NCBI GenBank assembly: GCA_041658765.1
Contig: JBAZZO010000010.1
Location: forward strand, 2,360 to 66,359
Direction of reading: 5' to 3'
Length of the DNA stretch: 64,000 nucleotides
Source of the DNA: Coriobacteriia bacterium
GTDB taxonomy: Bacteria; Actinomycetota; Coriobacteriia; Anaerosomatales; JBAZZO01
Positions within the stretch are counted from its first letter, which is position 1, and every line of letters starts with the position of its first letter. Shown piece by piece: positions 34,329 through 43,727 of the stretch. Under the pieces are notes generated by a model. That model saw nothing but the letters and a program-made list of their open reading frames with translations. It ran no database searches and was not told the origin of the DNA. The position numbers were made by a program, and so were the translations under genes.

Positions 34329-35071
34329 CAGATGCCGACCGCCTCGCGGAACCCTCGCACCTGCCGCCGCGCGACCGGGATCTGGGTCTCGTCGCGATCG
34401 GCCACGACGACCGCATACCCGCCGTCGGCGCGCAGGATCTCCTTGATCCGGTTCAGGTTGATCATGTAGCTGCGGTGGATCCGGTTGAACGACTCCTTGG
34501 ACAGCTTCTCCTCGAGCTCGCTCACCGTGAGATCGACCAGGTACTGGTTCTCGAACGTGTGGACGTACGTCGACTTGTTCTTCGCCGAGACGTAGACGAC
34601 GTCGTCGATGGAGAGGAGCACCGTGCGGCCGCCTTTGCGCACGGCCAGCTTACGGAACTCGCCCTCGGCACCGCCGTCGCCCTCGACGGGACGCGGCCTG
34701 TTGCGCACGAGGCTCTTCACGCGCGCGGAGAGTTCGAGGATGTTGAACGGCTTGGTGACGTACTGCTGGACGCCCTGCTTGAACGCGAGGATCTTCGCGA
34801 GGTCCTGCGTCTTGGCGGTGAGCATGATGACCGGGAGGTGCGCCGTGTTCGGGTTGTTGCGGATCTCCATCAGGGTCATCCAACCATCGACCCTGGGCAT
34901 CATGATGTCGAGGATGACGACGTCTATCGTCTCACGGCCGATGATGTCGAGCGCCTCGGCGCCGTCACCGGCGCCGTAGACCTTCATCCCGTCGGTCTCG
35001 AGACCGAGCCGAATCATCTCGACGATCGAGGTGTCGTCGTCGACGACCAGGACATTGACGGCCGTGTCCAT
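34328..35071 (-). CDS. response regulator, REC + LytTR DNA-binding domain
   Basis: Track ORF 34328..35140 trimmed to ATG 35071. VLVVDDD...VVILDIMMPRVDG...MLTAK is the receiver domain. ..VVYVSAKNKSTYVHT......SFNRIHRSYMINLNRI is LytTR. Confidence 0.85.
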   Translation of the reverse strand: MDTAVNVLVVDDDTSIVEMIRLGLETDGMKVYGAGDGAEALDIIGRETIDVVILDIMMPRVDGWMTLMEIRNNPNTAHLPVIMLTAKTQDLAKILAFKQGVQQYVTKPFNILELSARVKSLVRNRPRPVEGDGGAEGEFRKLAVRKGGRTVLLSIDDVVYVSAKNKSTYVHTFENQYLVDLTVSELEEKLSKESFNRIHRSYMINLNRIKEILRADGGYAVVVADRDETQIPVARRQVRGFREAVGI

Positions 35072-35158
35072 CGGTCCCGCCCTTCCGTCTCCCCCAGTGA
35101 ACCGCACGTCGCCCCGGAGTATACCGCACGTCACCCACAACTAACCACGCGGACCATG

Positions 35159-36526
35159 CTATGGCGCGTTGAGCCGGGCGTCTATCGCGCGCGCGGCCTT
35201 CTTGCCCGCCCCCATCGCGAGGATGACCGTCGCCGAACCGGTCACGATGTCGCCGCCCGCGAAGACGCCGGGGCGGCTGGTCTCGCCGTCCTCGCCCGCG
35301 ATCACGTAACCTCGCCCGTCGAGTTCGAGACCGGGCGTCGCCCCGGTCAGCAGAGGGTTCGCGCGCGTTCCGATCGCCATGACCACCGTGTCGCATCCCA
35401 GGGTGAACTCGCTGCCGAGCACGCACATCGGCGCCCTGCGCCCGGACGCATCGGGCTCTCCGAGCTCCATGCGCGTCGCGGTGAGTCCGGTCACCCAGCC
35501 GTCGCGGCCGACCACCTCGACCGGAGAGCAGAGCGTCTCGAAGACCACGCCCTCCTGCTCGGCGTGATGCACCTCCTCGCGTCGCGCCGGCATCTCTTCG
35601 ACGCTGCGCCGGTAGACGAGGGAGACCGCGTCCGCGCCGAGACGGAGAGCGGTCCGCGCGGAGTCCATGGCGACGTTGCCGCCGCCGACCACCGCCACGT
35701 GCCGGCCGCGCAGCACCGGGGTGTCGTGGTGCGGGAAGTCGTAGGCGCGCATGAGGTTCACCCTGGTGAGGAACTCGTTCGCTGAGTAGACACCGTTGAG
35801 GTTCTCGCCGGGGATGCCCATGAAGACCGGAAGGCCCGCCCCGTTGCCGAGAAAGACGGCGTCGAAGCCCGACTCCCCGAGAAGCTCGTCGACCGTCACC
35901 GTGGCGCCGACGACCGTGTCGAGCACGATCTCGACTCCGGAGATCCGCAGCGCCTCGATCTCCGCCGCGACGATCGCCTTCGGGAGCCTGAACTCGGGGA
36001 TGCCGTAGACGAGCACGCCGCCCGCCGCGTGCAGGCCTTCGAAGACGGTGACGGCATGACCGAGACGGCGCAGTTCGCCGGCGCACGCGAGCCCGGCGGG
36101 GCCGGAGCCGACGACCGCGACACGGCGGCCGGTGTCCGCGCCGAGCACGGGGACGCACCGGTGCTCGAGGTCGCAGGCGAGGTCGAAGTCGCCGAGGAAC
36201 CGCTCGAGGCGTCCGATGGCGACCGGCTCGCCCTTGCGGGCGAGCACGCATGCCGCCTCGCACTGCTCCTCCTGCGGGCAGACGCGGCCGCAGACCGCCG
36301 GCAGGGCGTTGCGTTCCTTGAGGACCGCGACGCCCCCCGCCGGGTCGTCGTCGAGGATCCTTGCGATGAACGACTTGATGTCGACCTGCACCGGACAGCC
36401 GGCGATACATGTCGGGTTCGCGCATTGGAGACACCGCTCCGCCTCCGCCAGGGCTGTCGCCGCGTCGTATCCGAGCGAGACCTCGTCGAAGTCGGCCGCA
36501 CGCAGGAGCGGATCGCGCTCCGGCAT
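35159..36526 (-). CDS. NADPH-dependent oxidoreductase, GltD/SudA/NfnB-like (Fe-S + FAD/NAD(P) domains)
   Basis: Track ORF 35159..36892 trimmed to ATG 36526. CLQCANPTCIAGCPV...CGRVCPQEEQCEAAC are the cluster motifs. VAVVGSGPAGLACA and VAVVGGGNVAMD are dinucleotide folds. Confidence 0.8.
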   Translation of the reverse strand: MPERDPLLRAADFDEVSLGYDAATALAEAERCLQCANPTCIAGCPVQVDIKSFIARILDDDPAGGVAVLKERNALPAVCGRVCPQEEQCEAACVLARKGEPVAIGRLERFLGDFDLACDLEHRCVPVLGADTGRRVAVVGSGPAGLACAGELRRLGHAVTVFEGLHAAGGVLVYGIPEFRLPKAIVAAEIEALRISGVEIVLDTVVGATVTVDELLGESGFDAVFLGNGAGLPVFMGIPGENLNGVYSANEFLTRVNLMRAYDFPHHDTPVLRGRHVAVVGGGNVAMDSARTALRLGADAVSLVYRRSVEEMPARREEVHHAEQEGVVFETLCSPVEVVGRDGWVTGLTATRMELGEPDASGRRAPMCVLGSEFTLGCDTVVMAIGTRANPLLTGATPGLELDGRGYVIAGEDGETSRPGVFAGGDIVTGSATVILAMGAGKKAARAIDARLNAP

Positions 36527-36570
36527 CGGATTGCGCGGCTCCTTCGAGGCCCGGCGGCGACCCGGCCCCG

Positions 36571-37476
36571 TCACGTCGCCGGTCGGCACGCGCACTCCCG
36601 CTGGTAGTCGGCGTCCGCCTCGCGCTCGTCGTCGACGTAGACGCGCTGACGGCTCATGAGCTCCTCGAAGTCGACCTCGTGCCCGTCGAAGTCGGGCCCG
36701 TCCACGCAACCGAATCGCGTGACACCGCCGACCGTCACCCGGCAGGCGCCGCACATCCCGGTGCCGTCGACCATGATGGGGTTCAGGCTGACCGTGGTCG
36801 GCACCTCGTGTTCGCGGGTGGTCGCCGCGCAGAACTTCATCATCACCGCGGGGCCGATCGCCATGGCATGGTCGATGGTCCCCGCTTCGCACAGCTCCTT
36901 CAGCGGAGTGGTCACGAGCCCCTTCCGGCCGGCGCTGCCGTCGTCGGTGCAGACGACGAGGCCTTCAAGCGGCAGGGCACGGAACTCGTCCTCGAGTATG
37001 AGGAGGTCGGCGCTGCGCGCGCCGAGCACGACCGTCACGCGAGCGCCCGCGGCGCACATCGCCCGCGCAACGGGATAGGCGACCGCGGCGCCGACCCCGC
37101 CGCCGACGACGGCGACCCGGCCGAGCCCCCCGACGCTCGTCGGCGTTCCCAGCGGTCCGACTACGTCGGCGATCGAGTCACCGGTGTCGAGCGACGCGAG
37201 CTTGCGGGTGGTCTTGCCCACCACCATGAAGATGAAGCGGACCCACCCCTGCTCCACCGACCAGTCGGAGAACGTGAGCGGCACGCGTTCGCCCGTCTCG
37301 TCGATACGGAGCATGAGGAACTGGCCGGCGCGCACCTTGCGCGCGACGAGAGGGGCGGACACCCCCATCTCGAAGACCGCCTCCGAGAGACGGCGCTTGT
37401 GCACCACTTCGAACAACCCGGGCTCCCTGGAAGCGGTCCCCGCCTCAGTTTGGGCGACGTGTGAGCATGGTAGCAT
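36571..37476 (-). CDS. ferredoxin-NADP reductase-like small subunit (SudB/NfnA/PyrK-like)
   Basis: Track ORF 36571..37536. The start is uncertain (ATG 37476, or TTG 37416 preceded by AGGGAG). ..RVPLTFSD.., VAVVGGGVGAAVAYPVA and the C-terminal CGACRV..GC.DGP 2Fe-2S motif. Confidence 0.75.
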   Translation of the reverse strand: MLPCSHVAQTEAGTASREPGLFEVVHKRRLSEAVFEMGVSAPLVARKVRAGQFLMLRIDETGERVPLTFSDWSVEQGWVRFIFMVVGKTTRKLASLDTGDSIADVVGPLGTPTSVGGLGRVAVVGGGVGAAVAYPVARAMCAAGARVTVVLGARSADLLILEDEFRALPLEGLVVCTDDGSAGRKGLVTTPLKELCEAGTIDHAMAIGPAVMMKFCAATTREHEVPTTVSLNPIMVDGTGMCGACRVTVGGVTRFGCVDGPDFDGHEVDFEELMSRQRVYVDDEREADADYQRECACRPAT

Positions 37477-37520
37477 GGACCGGGGGCGACCCGCCCCAGG
37501 ATGGAGGGGCCCGATAACCC

Positions 37521-39851
37521 ATGCCGCGCGCGCCACGACCCCGCCGCTCCCGCGCCACGTTGCGGGTCGAGATGCTCTCCCTCACAGGCTTGGCGGCGGG
37601 AACGCTGATCGCGTTCAAGACGCTCGCTCAGGTCCGCGTCGGTCCCGGCTGGGACTCGTACGCCTTCCTGGTCAACGCCGCCGAGTTCGCCGGGAAGGGC
37701 GTCGGGTACACCGAGCTGCACCGCCCGCCGTTCCTCTCGTTCCTGGTCTCTCTCGTCTTCCGGTTCACCGCGCGCAACGCCGCGGTCGTCCAGTGGGCCG
37801 ACGCGGCTCTCTCGCTCGCGGCGATCGTCGCGTTCTACCTGCTGCTGCTGCGCCGGTTCTCCGCGCCCAAGGCGGCGACAGGAGCTCTCGCCCTGCTCGC
37901 CTTCCCGCCGCTCTGGGACTACATCGGGACCGGCTACACGGACTTCGCGTCAGTCGGCCTGAGCATGTGGGCCCTGGTCTTCCTCACCAAAGCGACCGAG
38001 GAGGACAGCCGCTGGTACCTGGCGGCGGCGCCCGTCTTCGTCCTCGCGGTCCTCACTCGCTACACGGCCCTGCTCTTCGCGTTCCCCATGCTGTTGTGGC
38101 TCGTCTTCCGAGCGCGCCCGTTCCGCGACGCAGGCCGCATCGGTGGCGCGATCGCGCTCGCCATCGCGACGTACGTGCCGGCGGGGGTCTTCTACCACCG
38201 TCGCTTCGCCGACATGCTCTTCCCGTTCGCCGTGGCACTCGGAGCGGTCCAGGACACGTCGGCGGTCACACCGGTCACAGCGGCCGGCCTGCTCGGGACC
38301 GGCTTCGCGGCACAGGCCAAGTCGCTCGCAGCGCTGGTGCTCCCGTCACCGGTCTCGCCGTTGGCCTGGCTCATCGTGGTCGGGGCGGCCGCGGGCCTGA
38401 TCTCGCGCGTCCTGCCGCCGAACCGGTCCCGGCTCCCGTGGAGCCGGATTCTCCTATCGGCTGCGGCGGTCGCCGGGCTCGGATACGGGCTGGTCAAGGG
38501 CGGGCTCTTCGCCGGCCAGTTCCTCATACCGATAGTCATCTACCTCGTGTGGAGATGGGTCGGCCCGCGTGACCTCGACGGCGCGGACCCGCGCACCCCG
38601 CGGGGAACCGCACTCGCCGGGGTCATGATCGCCTGGGCCCTCGCGTACGCGGACTTCCACGCCCTGGACCTCTTCCGGGTACCGCGCTACGTGATCATGG
38701 TCGCGCCGACGCTCGTCTTCCTGTGCCTGCTCGGCTGGGACTCCTGGTCCAAGACGCTCGGCGACCCGCGCGCGCGGACGGCGGGAGGCGCGCACCGATC
38801 GACTGCCGCCGTGTGGCTGTCCGCACCGCTCGTCGCGCTCGTACTCGCCTCCGTCGCGCTCAACGCCGCGCACACGTCGCGAACGCCGGACTACCTCGTC
38901 GCCGGGGCCAGATCGACGGCGCGATGGCTCGTGAAGCACGACCCCGGCGTCTCCTCCGAGACCGTCTACTCCGACCTCTGGCCGCTCACCAGCTGGTATC
39001 TCGGCTCGGCTGCTCGGCCCATGCCGTTCTTCACGAACCTCACGGCGTTCGACCACGAACTGGACAAGAACGCCGCGGCGTACTACGTGACGACCCGCTC
39101 CAAGCCGTTCAAGGGGTACGACGCCGTCGACGCGGCGCAAGGGGTCACCGTCCTCCGGCGTCGTCCCGGCGCCCGGCCCCGCCCCTTGCCGCGCGTCCTC
39201 TATCTCGGCCGATCGTGGCAGAACTACCTCGAGAGGCTCACCGGATACGGCATCTACCTCGATTTCGACGCGGGACAGTACGGCTGGGTCGGCACGGCCT
39301 ACCTCGATGCGTTCACCCCCGAGCAGCTGGCACGATACCCCGTGGTCGCCGCGTACGGCGTCAGATGGCACGAGCGCGACCGCATCGAGGGCCTACTCGC
39401 GCGATACGTGCGCGACGGCGGCTCTTTGATCCTCGACGCATCGCGCAACATGGGCGACCCGCCTTTCGTCCTCTCCGACACCATCCTCTTCGGCACCCTC
39501 ATCCGACGAGGCGGCGTCGAACCCGATGCGCCGCTCACCGTCGCGCCGTGGTTCGTCGAGCGCCATCCTGGACTCGGCCGGATCGCCGCCGCTCCTTTCG
39601 TCGACGAGGGAGGCGGCCGATGGTTCGGCGCTCTCTACGAACCCGTGCGCGTGACGACGCCCGTCCGCGTGCTCGCCCGGATCGCGGGCAAGCCGGCGAT
39701 CCTGATGCAGCCCTTGGGGAAGGGGCGCATCTACTGGATCGGGTACAACCTGGTGTGGCACGCGCAGCTCACAGACAACCGTTCCGAGATGCGGCTCGTC
39801 CGCGCGATAGTGGAAGACGCGCTCTCTCGCGAGACGACGCCGTCGCCATGA
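37521..39851 (+). CDS. GT-C-fold membrane glycosyltransferase (GT39/ArnT/PMT-like) with large C-terminal domain
   Basis: Track ORF, 776 aa. The N-terminal ~430 aa have >=10 TM helices with the loop pattern of polyprenyl-phosphate-sugar-dependent transferases. The soluble C-terminal ~330 aa are unassigned. Confidence 0.6.
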   Translation: MPRAPRPRRSRATLRVEMLSLTGLAAGTLIAFKTLAQVRVGPGWDSYAFLVNAAEFAGKGVGYTELHRPPFLSFLVSLVFRFTARNAAVVQWADAALSLAAIVAFYLLLLRRFSAPKAATGALALLAFPPLWDYIGTGYTDFASVGLSMWALVFLTKATEEDSRWYLAAAPVFVLAVLTRYTALLFAFPMLLWLVFRARPFRDAGRIGGAIALAIATYVPAGVFYHRRFADMLFPFAVALGAVQDTSAVTPVTAAGLLGTGFAAQAKSLAALVLPSPVSPLAWLIVVGAAAGLISRVLPPNRSRLPWSRILLSAAAVAGLGYGLVKGGLFAGQFLIPIVIYLVWRWVGPRDLDGADPRTPRGTALAGVMIAWALAYADFHALDLFRVPRYVIMVAPTLVFLCLLGWDSWSKTLGDPRARTAGGAHRSTAAVWLSAPLVALVLASVALNAAHTSRTPDYLVAGARSTARWLVKHDPGVSSETVYSDLWPLTSWYLGSAARPMPFFTNLTAFDHELDKNAAAYYVTTRSKPFKGYDAVDAAQGVTVLRRRPGARPRPLPRVLYLGRSWQNYLERLTGYGIYLDFDAGQYGWVGTAYLDAFTPEQLARYPVVAAYGVRWHERDRIEGLLARYVRDGGSLILDASRNMGDPPFVLSDTILFGTLIRRGGVEPDAPLTVAPWFVERHPGLGRIAAAPFVDEGGGRWFGALYEPVRVTTPVRVLARIAGKPAILMQPLGKGRIYWIGYNLVWHAQLTDNRSEMRLVRAIVEDALSRETTPSP

Positions 39852-40804
39852 GTGCTCCCACGCGACGCCGCATCGACAGAGGCTCGCTGCTCAAGGCCGC
39901 CGTGTCCGCGCTCGTCCTTCTCTACCTCCTGCGACTCGCCGACATCGGGCACATGCGCGAGGCCCTGCGCGAGGCCGACGCGCGCTTCCTCGCGCCCGCC
40001 GTCGCGCTCGTCGCCGCGAGCGTCGCGCTCAACGCCTGGCGGTGGCTCCTCGTCGTCAACCAGGACGGCGCCCGCCTCCGCTACCGTCAAGCGCTCGCGC
40101 TAACCGTCGTCGGGTCGGCGCTGAACACCTTCCTGCCAGCCTCGGGGGGCGACTTCGCCAAGTGCTACTACGGCTACCGATGGTACGGCGTGCGCGAGGA
40201 GCTCCTTGCGTCGAGCATGATCGACAAGGTCGCGGGCGCGCTCGCCCTCTTCCTCTTCGGCGCTCCCGCCGCATTGTCGCTGCACGTGCCCTACGCCGCG
40301 GCGCTCTTCGGCGCACTCGCCGTCGCCCTGTCGATCGTCTACACCGTGCCGCGCATCGTGCCCTGGCGGACGCTGGACCGCGTCACCACCGCGCTGTTCC
40401 GGGTCCATCTCGATCCCGAGCGCATGCTCGCAGGAGCCACGCTGTCGCCACGCAGGAGGACCGTGCTGCTGGGCATGGCGCTCGCCGGGTGGGTCATCGG
40501 CTTCGCCGACCTGTATTGCGTGTACCGCGTGTTCACCGAAGCCATCCCCTGGGCCTGGGTGATGGTCATCGGTCCGCTCACCAACCTTGCCTACCTCTTC
40601 CCGCTCACGCTCGCCGGCCTCGGCTCCGCCGAAGCGGTGATCGTCTGGTCGTTCGCGCGCTTCGGCGAGCCGGCCGCTGTGGCGCTGCTCTCGATCTTCC
40701 TGCTCCGCGTGATCGCCGCTCTACCCGCCGTCTTCGGTCTCGCGCTCTTGCTCTTCAAGCGGCCGGCCGATAGAGGAGACGAGGAGGTCCCGTGCGAGTC
40801 CTGA
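39848..40804 (+). CDS. flippase-like membrane protein (LPG_synthase_TM / UPF0104 family)
   Basis: C-terminal 318 codons of track ORF 38723..40804, starting at ATG 39848 (ATGA overlap). ..LNTFLPASGGDFAKCYY.. and 8 predicted TM helices are typical of this family. Confidence 0.6.
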   Translation: MSAPTRRRIDRGSLLKAAVSALVLLYLLRLADIGHMREALREADARFLAPAVALVAASVALNAWRWLLVVNQDGARLRYRQALALTVVGSALNTFLPASGGDFAKCYYGYRWYGVREELLASSMIDKVAGALALFLFGAPAALSLHVPYAAALFGALAVALSIVYTVPRIVPWRTLDRVTTALFRVHLDPERMLAGATLSPRRRTVLLGMALAGWVIGFADLYCVYRVFTEAIPWAWVMVIGPLTNLAYLFPLTLAGLGSAEAVIVWSFARFGEPAAVALLSIFLLRVIAALPAVFGLALLLFKRPADRGDEEVPCES

Positions 40805-41976
40805 TGCTCACCACCTCGTATCCCACACATCGAACGCCGACGCTCGGCGTCTTCATCCGCGACCACGCCGAGGCCCTCGCGGCGGCCGGGCACGACGTGA
40901 CGGTCCTCGCGCCGCGCCTGTTCTCCGACGACCCTCTCCTCGAACGGGACGGGGACGTGACCGTGCGCCGCTTCCGTTTCTGGTCGGCGCAACACCTGCT
41001 GGGGGAGTACGAGAGGATCCCCGTGCTCCGGGTCGCCACACTGCTCGTCTCGGGTCTCGCCGCCGCCGTCTGGATCGGACGCCGCGAGAGGTGCGACGTC
41101 CTCCACGGGCACTGGGTGATACCGACCGGCCTCATCGCCCTGCTGGCAGGCCGGTACCTCCTCCGCCGGCCCGTCGTCGTCACCGCCCACAGGGCCGACA
41201 TCGTCCTCGCGACCGAAGGCTCGCGCATCGCTCACTTCCTCACCGGCTTCACGCTCCGGCACGTCGACGCGACCATCGCGGTGAGCGAGGAGCTGGAGGA
41301 GATCATCGTCAGCGAGTTCTCGGCGCCCGCCGCGTCGGTGCACCGGTGGCCCGTCGGAGCCAACACCCGGATCTTCGTCCCCGGCGATCGCGTTCTCGCC
41401 CGCGAGCAAGAGGGACTCGCGGCGGACGTGCCGCTGGCGCTCTTCGTCGGAGACCTCACCGAGCGGAAGGGCATCCCCTTCCTCGTGGAAGCGATCCCGC
41501 AAGTCCTCGCCACCGTTCCGGACGCGCGATTCGTCCTGGCAGGGGGAGGACCGCTCACCGACTTCGTGCATGATCGCCTCGTGACCGAGATCGCGGCCGG
41601 GAGCGTGACCGTCCTCGGCGGGGTGCCGCACGAGAAGCTGCCGCGCTGGATGGACGCCGCCGACGTCCTCGTCCTGCCGAGCTGGAGCGAGGGTCTCCCC
41701 GTCTGCCTCATGGAAGCCGCCGCGGTCGGTCTGCCGGTCGTCACGACCCGCGTCGGGGGTTCCGCCGAGGTGGCGGCGCTGAACCCGAGGAGCAGCGTGG
41801 TGGATCCAGGAGACGTCTGCGACCTCGTCGACGCACTCGCGCGGGCGCTTGCGCATCCGCAGCCGGGCCGCCGCGAGCCCGACCTCGAGCCGGAGAGTCT
41901 CTTCGACCAGCGCGGCGTGATCGGCCGCATCGAGGCGCTCTACGAAGCGCTCGCCTCGCGGAAGACCGGCCGCTAG
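40792..41976 (+). CDS. glycosyltransferase family 4 (GT-B, RfaB-like)
   Basis: Track ORF, 394 aa (GTG). MRVLMLTTSYP... at the N-terminus and ..LVLPSWSEGLPVCLMEAAAVGLPVVTTRVGG.. (EX7E region). Confidence 0.8.
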   Translation: MRVLMLTTSYPTHRTPTLGVFIRDHAEALAAAGHDVTVLAPRLFSDDPLLERDGDVTVRRFRFWSAQHLLGEYERIPVLRVATLLVSGLAAAVWIGRRERCDVLHGHWVIPTGLIALLAGRYLLRRPVVVTAHRADIVLATEGSRIAHFLTGFTLRHVDATIAVSEELEEIIVSEFSAPAASVHRWPVGANTRIFVPGDRVLAREQEGLAADVPLALFVGDLTERKGIPFLVEAIPQVLATVPDARFVLAGGGPLTDFVHDRLVTEIAAGSVTVLGGVPHEKLPRWMDAADVLVLPSWSEGLPVCLMEAAAVGLPVVTTRVGGSAEVAALNPRSSVVDPGDVCDLVDALARALAHPQPGRREPDLEPESLFDQRGVIGRIEALYEALASRKTGR

Positions 41977-42774
41977 TCAGCGCCTGCCGACGGCGAGGAA
42001 GTACGCGGCGCCCTTCGCGCCGTCCTCGCTGAAGATCACGTCCTCGACTCGCAGGGGCGGCGGCCCGCCGACGAGCACGGCGCGCGCGAGACGCACGACC
42101 AGCCCATCGGGCCGCAGCCGCGTCGTCAGGGCCTTCAGCGGCCCGGGAAGCCGGCTCCGGATGCCGTCTACCCTGGCCTGGTAGCCCTCCGCGTCGGCGT
42201 CGGCGACGGACTCGCCGTACACCACGACATCGCCGAACCGGGCGCGAAGTGCGTCCCCCAACTCATCGTGTGAGAACTCGTGGGTGTGGAAGGGGTTCTC
42301 GGGATGCCCGGCCTCACGCATCCATGTGCCGTTCGGCGTGGTGAGCACGAGCGTCCCACCGGGGACCAGCACGCGACGCGCTTCGTCGAGGTAGGCTTCC
42401 TGCCGCTCGAGATGCTCCACGACCTCGACCGAGACGACCAGTTCGAAAACCGCGTCCTCGAACGGGAGCCGCGCGGCGTCCGCCACCTCGAAACGAACGT
42501 CCGGCGAAGCGAACGACCCGCGCGCGAAGCCGATCGCGTCTTCCGAGACGTCGACCCCGACCGTCGTCCCCCTCAGACGCTCGGCCAGAAGAGCCGTGCC
42601 GTATCCGGTACCGCATCCATCGTCGAGAACGCGGGCGCCCAAGGAGGCCTGCCGCGCCGCGAACTCGTATCGCGCAAGGTGACGCGTCCACCACAGCGAC
42701 GGTCGCTCACCGGGCTTCGGAGGATGGGTGCGCTCCCCCGTGTCGGGCAGGTCGATCCCGCCGTGGCGGCTCAC
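41977..42774 (-). CDS. class I SAM-dependent methyltransferase
   Basis: C-terminal 265 codons of track ORF 41977..43704, starting at GTG 42774 (GTGA overlap). VLDDGCGTGYG is motif I. LVPGGTLVLTTPN is the post-II motif. Confidence 0.75.
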   Translation of the reverse strand: MSRHGGIDLPDTGERTHPPKPGERPSLWWTRHLARYEFAARQASLGARVLDDGCGTGYGTALLAERLRGTTVGVDVSEDAIGFARGSFASPDVRFEVADAARLPFEDAVFELVVSVEVVEHLERQEAYLDEARRVLVPGGTLVLTTPNGTWMREAGHPENPFHTHEFSHDELGDALRARFGDVVVYGESVADADAEGYQARVDGIRSRLPGPLKALTTRLRPDGLVVRLARAVLVGGPPPLRVEDVIFSEDGAKGAAYFLAVGRR

Positions 42775-43727
42775 GGCGTGGCCGCCGTCCCGTTGTCGAC
42801 TTCGGAACGCCGCAGGACGCAGTAGGCCGTGTCGCTCGCAAGCGGGACGCACGCCCGGTAATCGAGCGGGGCGAGGACGTGCTGGAGTCGAAGCGGGACC
42901 AGGCGCCCGAGGCCGGGAACGCGTCCGGACGGCAGCGTATGGTGCATCGTGCCCGCCTCGACGACTTCGAGCCCCGCGGCTCGAGCCGCTTCGGTCACTT
43001 CGCGCAACCTGAAGCGCGTCGTGGGCACGCGGCTGAAGTACGTGTCGGAGAGGTGCAGGTGGAATGCCCCCGCGACAGCATGGCCGATGGCGGCCTCCAC
43101 CGCGCGGAGGCTGCCCCTCAGGGGAATGCCGCCGAGGAACACTCGACCTCCCCCACACAGCACGCGCCGGACCTCGGCCAGGAAGACGACGACCTCGGGC
43201 AGCGTGAGGTAGTGCAGCATCTCGATGCTCACGACCCGGTCGACGCTCCCATCCGCTATCGGCAAGGCCGCGGCCTCGGCCTGCGCCAACACGACGCCGG
43301 CATCGCCGATGTTCGCTCGGGCGCGGCGCAGCATGCTCGCCGACAGGTCGACGCCGATCGCCTCGCAGACACGATGCGCGAGGCGACCCAGGAACAGACC
43401 GTTGCCGCATCCGATGTCGAGCAGCACGTCGCCGGGACCGGGCTCGAGCAGACGCTCGACCGCCGCCACATCGATCTCGAAGAGCCGCTCGTGCCATCTC
43501 GAGGAGAAGCCGCGCAGCACCTGCTCGTCGCCGATGTGCTCGGCTCTTTCGTCGAACCAGGCCTCGACCTCGTCCACCCCGGCCGCTCCGCCGGTGCCGG
43601 TGCGCAACCGCCAGATCCCGTCCGTCGACACGAAACGTCTCCCGCACGACGGACAGGTCGCCGTATCGGACGCGTGATCTAGCGGCGAGTGGTCGACCGG
43701 ACACGCCAGGCGTGTCTCGGCGCTCAT
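42771..43727 (-). CDS. class I SAM-dependent methyltransferase with N-terminal Trm112-like zinc ribbon
   Basis: Track ORF trimmed to ATG 43727 (ATGA overlap). LACPVDHSPL...TCPSCGRRF is the ribbon. VLLDIGCGNGLF is motif I. Confidence 0.75.
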   Translation of the reverse strand: MSAETRLACPVDHSPLDHASDTATCPSCGRRFVSTDGIWRLRTGTGGAAGVDEVEAWFDERAEHIGDEQVLRGFSSRWHERLFEIDVAAVERLLEPGPGDVLLDIGCGNGLFLGRLAHRVCEAIGVDLSASMLRRARANIGDAGVVLAQAEAAALPIADGSVDRVVSIEMLHYLTLPEVVVFLAEVRRVLCGGGRVFLGGIPLRGSLRAVEAAIGHAVAGAFHLHLSDTYFSRVPTTRFRLREVTEAARAAGLEVVEAGTMHHTLPSGRVPGLGRLVPLRLQHVLAPLDYRACVPLASDTAYCVLRRSEVDNGTAATP

